Shown: positions 29,332 to 37,238 of the stretch, one piece after another
Numbering within the stretch: the stretch's first letter is position 1
Layout of the letters: every line of letters starts with the position of its first letter
Source: Candidatus Sysuiplasmataceae archaeon
GTDB taxonomy: Archaea > Thermoplasmatota > Thermoplasmata > Sysuiplasmatales > Sysuiplasmataceae
DNA length: 64,000 nucleotides
Direction: 5' to 3'
Assembly: GCA_046706185.1 (NCBI GenBank)
Contig: JBJKPR010000056.1
Coordinates: forward strand, 11,094 to 75,093
Notes under the pieces: generated by a model
Told to the model about the DNA's origin: nothing
The model's input: the letters and a program-made list of their open reading frames with translations, nothing else
The model's database searches: none
Made by a program: the position numbers and the translations under genes

Positions 29332-30591
29332 TCACAGACCTGACCTGAACAGAGGCTCGACATCGGGAAGGTTCGGCCCGACGATGCTTGTCTTTATTCC
29401 CTGCACCAGGTGACTTGGGACCTTCAGGCCGTTGCCCGTGATCAGGCATACGACTGTCTCATCCCTTCCTACTGTCCCGTCGCCTATCCTCCTCTTCAGT
29501 GAGGCGATAACAGTGCCACCCGCCGGCTCGGTGAATATTCCCTCCTCCCTTGCAAGGAGAAGCTGCCCCTCGACAACCTCATCATCCGTCGGAGCGTCGG
29601 CGAAGCCTCCGGTAGACCTTATGACACCGACGGCGTCGTCGCCTGAGGCGGGGTCACCTATTGCGAGTGACTCGGCAACAGTTTCCGGATTTTCAACGGG
29701 CTTTACCTCTCCTGTCACATATGCCTTCGAGATAGGGGAGCATCCTTCCGGCTGGGTGCCGGAAATCATGCATGAGCCGGTGGACAGCCCGAACCTGCGC
29801 AGCTCTTCGACGCCTTTGCCGACAGCGGTGAGCAGGGCGCCCGATCCCATAGGCACAATCATCCTGTCAGGCTCCTCCCAACCCATCTGCTCCACAACCT
29901 CCATTGCAAGTGTCTTGGACCCTTCGACGTAATATGGCCGGAGGTTCACGTTCACAAACCCGACGCTGTACCTGTCGGACACCAGATTTGCAAGTCTGTT
30001 GGCTGTATCGTATGTGCCCTTGACCTCTATCACATTGGCGCCGTATGCAGAAGCAGAAAGGACCTTGTTCTTCTCCAGCCCCTGGGGTATCAGAACGTAG
30101 CAGGGGACCCTGTATTTTGCAGCTGCTGCCGCAGTCGCGCCCGCCAGGTTGCCTGTTGAAGCGCAACCAACGCCCTTCAGGCCGAACTCAATAGCCTTTG
30201 GCACGGAGGTCGCAACCGGCCTGTCCTTGAAGGAATAAGTCGGGTTTACAGTATCATCCTTGACAAGCACCCTCTTCACCCCGAGAACTCTCGCGAGGTT
30301 GACACATTCCCTTAGGGGTGTCATGCCGGGGTTCAGGCCGCGCAGTCCGCTTGCAGCAGAAACCGGGAGGAGAGGCCAGTATCTCCATATATTCTGTGGA
30401 CCCTTTGCAACCGACTCCCTTGTCAAGTATTCCGAAACTGGTGCATCGTCGTATCTGACCTCAACTGGAGCGAAGCATTCATCGCACGCGCTTCTGACGG
30501 AGAGTTCAAAGCGCTTGCCGCACGCCTTGCAGTAAAGACCTGAGGCAAAAGTCCTGCTCCCTGAGCCCTTCACATATGCGGATGAAGTCAT
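29332..30591 (-). CDS. thrC: Threonine synthase-family PLP enzyme with N-terminal Zn ribbon
   Basis: CKAC...CDEC, NPTYSFKDR (PLP Lys), ASTGNL, EGSKT, PMGSG, ITGNGLK. Actual reaction uncertain (see findings). Confidence 0.85.
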   Translation of the reverse strand: MTSSAYVKGSGSRTFASGLYCKACGKRFELSVRSACDECFAPVEVRYDDAPVSEYLTRESVAKGPQNIWRYWPLLPVSAASGLRGLNPGMTPLRECVNLARVLGVKRVLVKDDTVNPTYSFKDRPVATSVPKAIEFGLKGVGCASTGNLAGATAAAAAKYRVPCYVLIPQGLEKNKVLSASAYGANVIEVKGTYDTANRLANLVSDRYSVGFVNVNLRPYYVEGSKTLAMEVVEQMGWEEPDRMIVPMGSGALLTAVGKGVEELRRFGLSTGSCMISGTQPEGCSPISKAYVTGEVKPVENPETVAESLAIGDPASGDDAVGVIRSTGGFADAPTDDEVVEGQLLLAREEGIFTEPAGGTVIASLKRRIGDGTVGRDETVVCLITGNGLKVPSHLVQGIKTSIVGPNLPDVEPLFRSGL

Positions 30592-30637
30592 TGTCCAGAC
30601 GATTATTACCTGTAATAAAACCGATTTTGTTTCTAAT

Positions 30638-30780
30638 ATTCTTATTGGAATACGAAATATGGACAGACGTGAGGAAAATCGCTGACTTCCGGTTTGTTAG
30701 TGACTTCATGCAATACTGCATATGCCGGCACGCACACACCCCGGTCTGCACAGAATGTGAATTCGTATTCCAATAGGAAT
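30638..30780. promoter_or_regulatory. Pair of inverted 19-bp operator-like sites in a divergent promoter region
   Basis: 30638-30656 ATTCTTATTGGAATACGAA is the reverse complement (18/19) of 30762-30780 TTCGTATTCCAATAGGAAT. Each contains an ATTCC-N4-GGAAT dyad. Confidence 0.75.
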
Positions 30781-30807
30781 TAATACTAGCCGGATATACA
30801 ACCTCCG

Positions 30808-31371
30808 ATGCCATTCCCGAAGATAGAGGAAATCAAGAAGATGAGGAAGCAGCTCGACGTTACCCAGAGCGAGCTTGCAAGAATGGCGAATGTGAGCCAG
30901 TCGACCATAGCCAAGCTCGAAAGGAGCAGCATTTCAGCGAGCTACGAGATAGTGACGAGGGTTTTTGAGGCGATTGAAAACGAGGGGAAGCTGAGGAAGA
31001 TTAACAGGACTGCGAGGGAGGTGCTGCACACTCCGATAGTCAGCGTGCAGAAGGATGCAACGCTGGCCGAGGTGTCTGAGCTCATGAAGAGGCGTGGCTA
31101 TTCACAGCTTCCGGTCATGAACGGTGACACTGTCGTCGGCAGCATATCTGACGAGACAATACTCAACCAGCTGAGGCAGGGGTCAAGCCTGGACGAACTG
31201 TCCCACATAAAGGTGGAGGCGGTCATGAATGATGCGTACCCTGTGATTCCGGAAACCACAGCAGTTGAAATGGTCGCAACGCTTCTTTCGAGCAGCCCGG
31301 CCGTACTTGTGCAGAGAAAGGGAAAGATTTCGGGCATAATAACGAAGTCTGATCTGCTCAAGCTCATATAG
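30808..31371 (+). CDS. XRE-HTH transcriptional regulator with C-terminal CBS pair
   Basis: RKQLDVTQSELARMANVSQSTIAKLE HTH; YSQLPV and GIITKSDLL CBS motifs. Confidence 0.93.
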   Translation: MPFPKIEEIKKMRKQLDVTQSELARMANVSQSTIAKLERSSISASYEIVTRVFEAIENEGKLRKINRTAREVLHTPIVSVQKDATLAEVSELMKRRGYSQLPVMNGDTVVGSISDETILNQLRQGSSLDELSHIKVEAVMNDAYPVIPETTAVEMVATLLSSSPAVLVQRKGKISGIITKSDLLKLI

Positions 31372-31435
31372 AAACTGGAAAGGAAGTAGAAAGCGTTTTG
31401 GGGGGAGGGTTTACGCTGCAGCGGGAGGAGGCTGT

Positions 31436-32689
31436 TCAGGGCCAGAGACCCCTTATCTTGTGTGCGTCAACAACCTTCTTGACAGCATACACGTAGGCGG
31501 CCGTCCTCATGTCTATGTTCTCCTTCTTCGATATGGGAAGTATGTCGTTATATGCCTTGGTCATCACCGTCTCCAGCCTCTGGTTTACCTCCTCCAGCGA
31601 CCAGAAGAAGCTCTGTATGTCCTGGACCCATTCGAAGTAGCTCACAGTGACTCCGCCTGCATTAGCCAGCACATCAGGCAGCAGGAACACGCCGTTCTTG
31701 TGCAGTATTTCGTCAGCCCTTGGGGTCGTAGGACCGTTTGCTTCCTCGACGATCATCTTCGCCTTTATGTCCGAAGCGTTCTTTTCGGTGATCTGATTTT
31801 CAAGTGCCGCGGGGACAAGCATGTCCACATCAAGCTGCAGAAGCTCCTCGTTTGATATTGCCTTGCTGCCCGGGAAATCTGTGACTGTGCCGGCCTTTGC
31901 CTTGTGCTCAAGGAGTTTGCGTATATCCAGTCCGTTTGCGTTGTAGACACCCCCCTTGCTGTCGCTCACAGCGACAACCTTCGAACCCAGTTCCTCGCTG
32001 AACAGTCTGGCTCCTATGGAGCCCGCGTTTCCGAAGCCCTGGACCGCAACTGTCGCTTTCTTTGTGTCAAGACCGAGCGATTTTGCGCCCGCCCTTGCAA
32101 CATACATGGCGCCGCGGGCGGTCGCCTCCGACCTTCCTTCAGACCCGCCGATGCTCAGAGGTTTGCCCGTAACAACGCCCGGCACGGAATACCCCTTGAT
32201 CATGCTGAACGTGTCCATCATCCACGCCATTGTCTGTGAGTCAGTGTAAACGTCAGGCGCGGGTATGTCCTTCTCCGGACCAATTATAATGGATATCTCC
32301 GAGGTGTAACGCCTGGTGAGCCGCTCTACCTCGTCGCGGCTGAGCTTCTTGGGGTCGACCACCACACCCCCCTTCGCTCCGCCGTATGGAAGGTTCATGA
32401 CAGCCGTCTTCCATGTCATCCAGGCTGCCAGTGCCCTTACCTCGTTGAGCGTCACATTGGGATGGAACCTGACGCCTCCCTTGCACGGTCCCCTGGAATA
32501 GTTGTACTGTACACGGTAGCCGGTGAAGACCCTTACCGTCCCGTCGTCCATGCGGACAGGGAAGTTGACTGTCAATTCCCTCTTGGGCTTGCTGAGTATT
32601 TCCACCAAGCCGGCATCCAGTTTCAATATTTCTGCAGACTTCCTCACTTGAGCAACCGCAATCTCGAACTGATCCAAATTTTCAGGCAT
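31436..32689 (-). CDS. gdhA: Glutamate dehydrogenase
   Basis: GPCKGGVRF, MTWK, GGAKGG, DIPAPD, QGFGNAG, EANGP, NAGGVTVSYFEWVQ. Confidence 0.97.
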   Translation of the reverse strand: MPENLDQFEIAVAQVRKSAEILKLDAGLVEILSKPKRELTVNFPVRMDDGTVRVFTGYRVQYNYSRGPCKGGVRFHPNVTLNEVRALAAWMTWKTAVMNLPYGGAKGGVVVDPKKLSRDEVERLTRRYTSEISIIIGPEKDIPAPDVYTDSQTMAWMMDTFSMIKGYSVPGVVTGKPLSIGGSEGRSEATARGAMYVARAGAKSLGLDTKKATVAVQGFGNAGSIGARLFSEELGSKVVAVSDSKGGVYNANGLDIRKLLEHKAKAGTVTDFPGSKAISNEELLQLDVDMLVPAALENQITEKNASDIKAKMIVEEANGPTTPRADEILHKNGVFLLPDVLANAGGVTVSYFEWVQDIQSFFWSLEEVNQRLETVMTKAYNDILPISKKENIDMRTAAYVYAVKKVVDAHKIRGLWP

Positions 32690-32748
32690 CTTATTACTCC
32701 CTTGCATTCAAATACCGCCCGGACTTCAGTTCAGGCTACTTAAATAAC

Positions 32749-32787
32749 GATGCCGAGATATTTGAATGATGCCGAGAGAATATTGAA
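32749..32787. repeat. Direct repeat upstream of the gdhA TATA box
   Basis: GATGCCGAGATATTTGAA / GATGCCGAGAGAATATTGAA, 19-bp period, adjoining the minus-strand TTATTTAAG at ~32739-32747. Confidence 0.65.
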
Positions 32788-32916
32788 CGTAGTAGAAATG
32801 ATGGCATGGTTGTATCTAGATATAATCGCCAGATAGTGGGAATTGCCGAATTTTACTAGTCAACATGTTGAAATAGTCGCTGATCGTAGTTGCGATCTGA
32901 AAGAGGGATGGCGTAA

Positions 32917-33846
32917 TTGGGACCCAGGGTAGGAGTGGCCGTACTTTTCACGACACTGACCCTTCTGTTCGTGGTTCTGGGATCAGCGGTAGGATACTTT
33001 TTCTACGGGAGCCCGGTCTATGGAGCGCTCGTCTTCCTCGTTCTGTCAGCCGTCTTCAATCTCATATCATACTTCTTCGCCGGCAGGTTCGTTCTGAGGG
33101 CAAACAGGGCAAGGCTAGTAACAGAGTCGGAGCAGCCCGGACTTTATGCAGCGGTAAGGGAGGTTTCGTCCACATTCGGAACACCAATGCCGAAGGTAGC
33201 TGTGGCCGATACAATGACTCCTAATGCATTTGCGACCGGAAGAAATCCCAAGAATGCGATTGTGTGTGCAACGAAGGGGATACTTCAGTCTCTGGACGCC
33301 AGCGAGCTGAAGGGCGTGATAGCACACGAAATGGCCCATGTAAAGGACAGGGACATACTTGTCATGAGCATAGCAGCCACAATTGCCGGTGCAATCTCCT
33401 GGGCTGCCAACTCCCTTCTCTTTGCCGCGATGTTCGGAGGGGGCAACAGAAACAACAACGCAGGGTTCATCGGCCTGCTTGTCATGGCAGTCACGGTGCC
33501 GATTGCTGCCATGATGCTGCAGCTTGCGATATCCAGGAAAAGAGAGTCCCAGGCGGATATTGTGGGAGCCAGGGCAATCGGGGATCCACTTTCCCTTGCT
33601 TCCGCCCTCAGGAAGCTGGAGAGCGCCAACGTGCGCAGCCCGATGAAGACGAGCCCGGCCTCCTCAACGCTCTACATTGTCAATCCTGGAAGGAAGGGCA
33701 GTTTCATCATGTCACTCATGTCCACCCATCCGCCGATAGAGGCGAGAATCGAGCGCCTACAGAAGCTTGCACTCGACATGGGCTTCTGGTCTCCAGACGG
33801 TCAGAGAAGCGGTGGGGGCCAGAGGGGCAGGTCCTTCAGGCAGTGA
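32917..33846 (+). CDS. htpX: Zinc metalloprotease HtpX (M48)
   Basis: PNAFATGR, HEMAH, SRKRESQAD, STHPP; TM helices. Confidence 0.95.
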   Translation: MGPRVGVAVLFTTLTLLFVVLGSAVGYFFYGSPVYGALVFLVLSAVFNLISYFFAGRFVLRANRARLVTESEQPGLYAAVREVSSTFGTPMPKVAVADTMTPNAFATGRNPKNAIVCATKGILQSLDASELKGVIAHEMAHVKDRDILVMSIAATIAGAISWAANSLLFAAMFGGGNRNNNAGFIGLLVMAVTVPIAAMMLQLAISRKRESQADIVGARAIGDPLSLASALRKLESANVRSPMKTSPASSTLYIVNPGRKGSFIMSLMSTHPPIEARIERLQKLALDMGFWSPDGQRSGGGQRGRSFRQ

Positions 33847-34423
33847 AGTTTGTTGCTCTCAGTATTTCCACGAGGCCGGGTGTGATCAGCACCTTTCCAT
33901 CGACGATCGGGTAGCCATATGGGAGGAGTGTGCTGTGTACGTCGTCCCACTTCACCTCGACTTCGCTCGTTATGTCAAGCTCATCGAGGGAGGCGCCGAG
34001 AAAAACTGCCCTTGCAACAAAGACGGCGCTGTCTATCGTGAGCTGTATTTTGCCAATGTTTCTGAACCTGTTACCTTCTTCGCTGAACCTGCTTGTTATG
34101 AGCTCCCTCGTCCTTCCCTTCGGTTTATCATAACCCAGTATGCCGCCTACCACGATGTACTCCGCGTCTTCGAAATCCGCAGTCCTGAGTTCGGCGGGCG
34201 ACTGGTGGTCAAGTATTATACACCCCTTTCCCCCGGTGTACTCCAGGACATCCTGGGCAACAGGCTCACCTATGATGTCGAGCGCCTCTGACATCGGTGC
34301 GCTTTTCACATTGGTGAAAATGGTGTCTGGCCAGATGGAGGCGGAATGGGCATATTCAGCCATGAGCCAGTCGGAAATCGAGGCCTCGCGGTTCTCAATG
34401 ACAAGTCTTGTGCTTTTGTTCAT
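33836..34423 (-). CDS. Sfm1/DUF431-like SPOUT methyltransferase
   Basis: IENRE..ISDWLMAEY, IVVGGILG...KGRT, QLTIDSAV, LPYGYP. Confidence 0.8.
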   Translation of the reverse strand: MNKSTRLVIENREASISDWLMAEYAHSASIWPDTIFTNVKSAPMSEALDIIGEPVAQDVLEYTGGKGCIILDHQSPAELRTADFEDAEYIVVGGILGYDKPKGRTRELITSRFSEEGNRFRNIGKIQLTIDSAVFVARAVFLGASLDELDITSEVEVKWDDVHSTLLPYGYPIVDGKVLITPGLVEILRATNFTA

Positions 34424-34560
34424 GTGACCACTCACGGTGGGGCACCGTAGGGGATTACGGGGAAGGCAGGTATGTGGACATGCGCCTGCAGGTCCAGCGT
34501 CCCTCCCCTATAAATTATCAAGTGCGATCACTGCTGTAAAAAGGTTATTAATCGCCGTGA

Positions 34561-35361
34561 GTGTCAGGCAGACGGATATCGATGAGCTCGACAAAGGAAG
34601 AGCGGAGGCACACTTCGACCCGCAGCCTCAGCATAGGAAGGGAAAAATGCGTCACTGGGATCGAGGGGCTCGACAATATCCTCGGCGGGGGCATACCGAG
34701 GAACAACACAATACTCGTGACGGGCAATTGCGGGACGGGCAAGACTTCGCTTTCACTTGAATTCCTTCTCCACGGTGCACTCGAGGGGGAAAACGGCCTC
34801 TATCTATCAGTCACGGAGCCGTATGAGAAGCTGATTGCAAACATGATCCCGTATGATTTCTTCACCAGGGAGCTGATAAAGACAGGCAAACTCACATTCA
34901 TTGACATGTCCGCGATCTATGAGAGGTTCGGGTTCAACAGAGACAAGATGAGTGTGGAGGATGTCGACCTTCTCGTAAGCGCAATTGGCGACCTTACAAG
35001 GGAGACCAAGGCCCGGAGGCTTGTGATAGACTCGATCACTTCTGTGGCATACCAGCTTGATACCCAGGAGAAGCTGAGGAACATGCTTCTTGGCCTGAGC
35101 AAGCTGCTGTCTGGGCTCGGGGCTACATGCCTGATCATATCTGAACTCACAGCAGCAGATGCATCTTACTCCAAATACGGAGTGGAGGAGGCAATAGCCG
35201 ACGGCGTGATACTCATGGGTAATCTTGAGAGGAACGGTGACATGCTCAGGACGCTTCAGGTGATAAAGATGAGGGGGACGTCGCATTCAAGGGCAAAATA
35301 CGTTCTTGACCTTACAACCGCCGGCACTCTGCTTGTTCCTCTTCTGAAAGGGGGAAACTGA
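34561..35361 (+). CDS. KaiC/RAD55-like ATPase (single domain, intact motifs)
   Basis: TGIEGLD, GNCGTGKT, RLVIDS, ADGVI, KMRGT. Start may be 34582. Confidence 0.92.
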   Translation: MSGRRISMSSTKEERRHTSTRSLSIGREKCVTGIEGLDNILGGGIPRNNTILVTGNCGTGKTSLSLEFLLHGALEGENGLYLSVTEPYEKLIANMIPYDFFTRELIKTGKLTFIDMSAIYERFGFNRDKMSVEDVDLLVSAIGDLTRETKARRLVIDSITSVAYQLDTQEKLRNMLLGLSKLLSGLGATCLIISELTAADASYSKYGVEEAIADGVILMGNLERNGDMLRTLQVIKMRGTSHSRAKYVLDLTTAGTLLVPLLKGGN

Positions 35362-35363
35362 AG

Positions 35364-35930
35364 ATGGACGCCAGCGCCACCGTGATCAGAGAGCTGAAGG
35401 ACATTGAACCGTCGACTTCAACTTCGCTGGAGATAGGGACAGAAGTCTACTTTGACGTCATCAAGGGGCTGATGAGCATGAAGGATGACGGAAGAACACA
35501 GATGATATACGTCGCATCAACAGTTCCTGCGGGAGCGATAATCAATGCGATGGATATGATCGGCGTAGAGGCTGATGGCGTCAAGTTCATAGACTGCATT
35601 TCAAACATGATGACAGGGCAGCAGGAGAAGAACGAGGATATTGTGTTCATAGAGAGCCCGACGATGCTTGAGAACATAATGCTCAAGGTCGAATTCCTGA
35701 GACGGAAGTCGACGGCAAAGAAGGCCGTGGTGATCATAGATTCGCTCAACACGCTTCACATACACAACGACTGGAAGATCATGGGAGAGTTTCTTCACAT
35801 ACTCGTCAACAACCTGAGGTCGCGTGGCTCGATCATAGTAATTCTCAGCATAAAGGAACAGCAGTCGCCCGAAGTTGCGACGCTTCTGAGCCTTGTGAGC
35901 GACCGTGTGATCAGGATTGGTGGTGAGTGA
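35364..35930 (+). CDS. Inactivated KaiC/RecA-like domain protein
   Basis: KFIDC, VIIDSLNTL and DRVI remain but there is no Walker A; operonic with KaiC-like genes. Confidence 0.75.
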   Translation: MDASATVIRELKDIEPSTSTSLEIGTEVYFDVIKGLMSMKDDGRTQMIYVASTVPAGAIINAMDMIGVEADGVKFIDCISNMMTGQQEKNEDIVFIESPTMLENIMLKVEFLRRKSTAKKAVVIIDSLNTLHIHNDWKIMGEFLHILVNNLRSRGSIIVILSIKEQQSPEVATLLSLVSDRVIRIGGE

Positions 35931-36652
35931 TGCCCCTCACCACAGGGCTGAGGGAGCTTGACGGGGTTCTTGGAGGGGGGTTCATAGAAGGGACAGTAAG
36001 CGCAATAGTGGGACCCCCTGGTTCAGGAGCCGGCGTCTTCGCAAGGCAGTTTGCATCCGTGGGGAGCGAGAGAAGCTACTATTTCTCGACAAGCGACAGT
36101 GCGGATGAGGTTTTCAGCTCGATCAAGAGGTTCGGATGGAAGACAGACGCAACAATAGTGGACATAGGGGACAAGTACCACGACACTGTCCTGATGCGAA
36201 GGCTGGAGGTGACTAAGTACAGGCAGGAGGGGCTGAAGGTCAAGGATGTCCATGATTATGAGGAGATCAACTACAGGCCGTTCAATTTCCTGACTTATCT
36301 CACGCACGAGATATTCAAGATACATCCGCCGTTCAGGGTGGTTGTCGATTCAATGGACTTCTTCATTGACAGCTACGGGTTTGAGGAGGTTCTTGGTGCG
36401 TTGAGGACGCTCAGGGCGTTCACCAACAAGAACAAGAGCCTGCTGATCATCACACTTACAAAGGGAGTTTTCGAGGCAAGCGTGCAGAACACAATAGATG
36501 CGCTCGTGGACACGCTCATAGAGCTTGAAAGAGAAAGGATAGGAAAGAAATTCGAGAACAACCTGATCGTAAGCAAGGTGAAGAACTTCCCAGAGCGGTC
36601 CAGGATCATGCAGTATTCAGTGGGCGAAAACGGCATCACGCTGACCGAGTAG
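35927..36652 (+). CDS. KaiC/RAD55-like protein with degenerate Walker A
   Basis: TGLRELD, GPPGSGAG (no Lys), RVVVDS, KVKN. Confidence 0.85.
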   Translation: MMPLTTGLRELDGVLGGGFIEGTVSAIVGPPGSGAGVFARQFASVGSERSYYFSTSDSADEVFSSIKRFGWKTDATIVDIGDKYHDTVLMRRLEVTKYRQEGLKVKDVHDYEEINYRPFNFLTYLTHEIFKIHPPFRVVVDSMDFFIDSYGFEEVLGALRTLRAFTNKNKSLLIITLTKGVFEASVQNTIDALVDTLIELERERIGKKFENNLIVSKVKNFPERSRIMQYSVGENGITLTE

Positions 36653-37159
36653 TCAGAAATCGTTTGTCTGCCTGACCTTCACATGTATCAGCGATGAGGC
36701 GGGAAGCGTTGAAATGACAGTCGTTTCAAACACCCTGTCGACAAACCTCTGTCTAGGATCGCCGTAAGTGAACATGCCGAGCAGGAGATCGAGTGGCAGC
36801 ATTATGAACCAGAATAGCTTTGAAATGTTCCTGAACATTGCTTCTAACAACGAAAGTTCTCCCTTTTCGCTTGAGACCCTGAGCGATGCTATCTTCTTTC
36901 CGAGGGTGTAGCCGTAGAAATACTCGCTAAGCGCCGAATACGTGAACCAGCAGACGCCCGACGCAATGCCGACAAACAGGTCGAAGTACGTCTTCTGGAG
37001 GCCAAAGGAGAGGGCTATCGCCCAGACGGGCACGAAAACAGTTGCAATGTCAATCACACCGGCACCCGCCCTCTTCATCCAGTGAGCCCTCAGGACCCTG
37101 TTTCTGAAGAGCATCTCAAACGCTATCGACATCCCAATCCCGACCATGTTATTGCGCAC
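36653..37159 (-). CDS. RDD-family membrane protein
   Basis: KRAGAGVID, GYTLGKKI, RQRFVDRVFETTV. Confidence 0.85.
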   Translation of the reverse strand: MRNNMVGIGMSIAFEMLFRNRVLRAHWMKRAGAGVIDIATVFVPVWAIALSFGLQKTYFDLFVGIASGVCWFTYSALSEYFYGYTLGKKIASLRVSSEKGELSLLEAMFRNISKLFWFIMLPLDLLLGMFTYGDPRQRFVDRVFETTVISTLPASSLIHVKVRQTNDF

Positions 37160-37238
37160 ATGAGATATAATGATATCGAATCGTCTGACAGTTGTCAGTC
37201 GTTTGGTGGAAGCCTGGCTTATTTGGGCGTCGCGGAAG

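Noticed and set aside
30708..30776. Cys/His-rich mini-ORF MQYCICRHAHTPVCTECEFVFQ as a leader peptide
   Set aside because: Lies upstream of both predicted TATA boxes, lacks an SD, and arises from a TGCA palindrome that reads MQYC on both strands.
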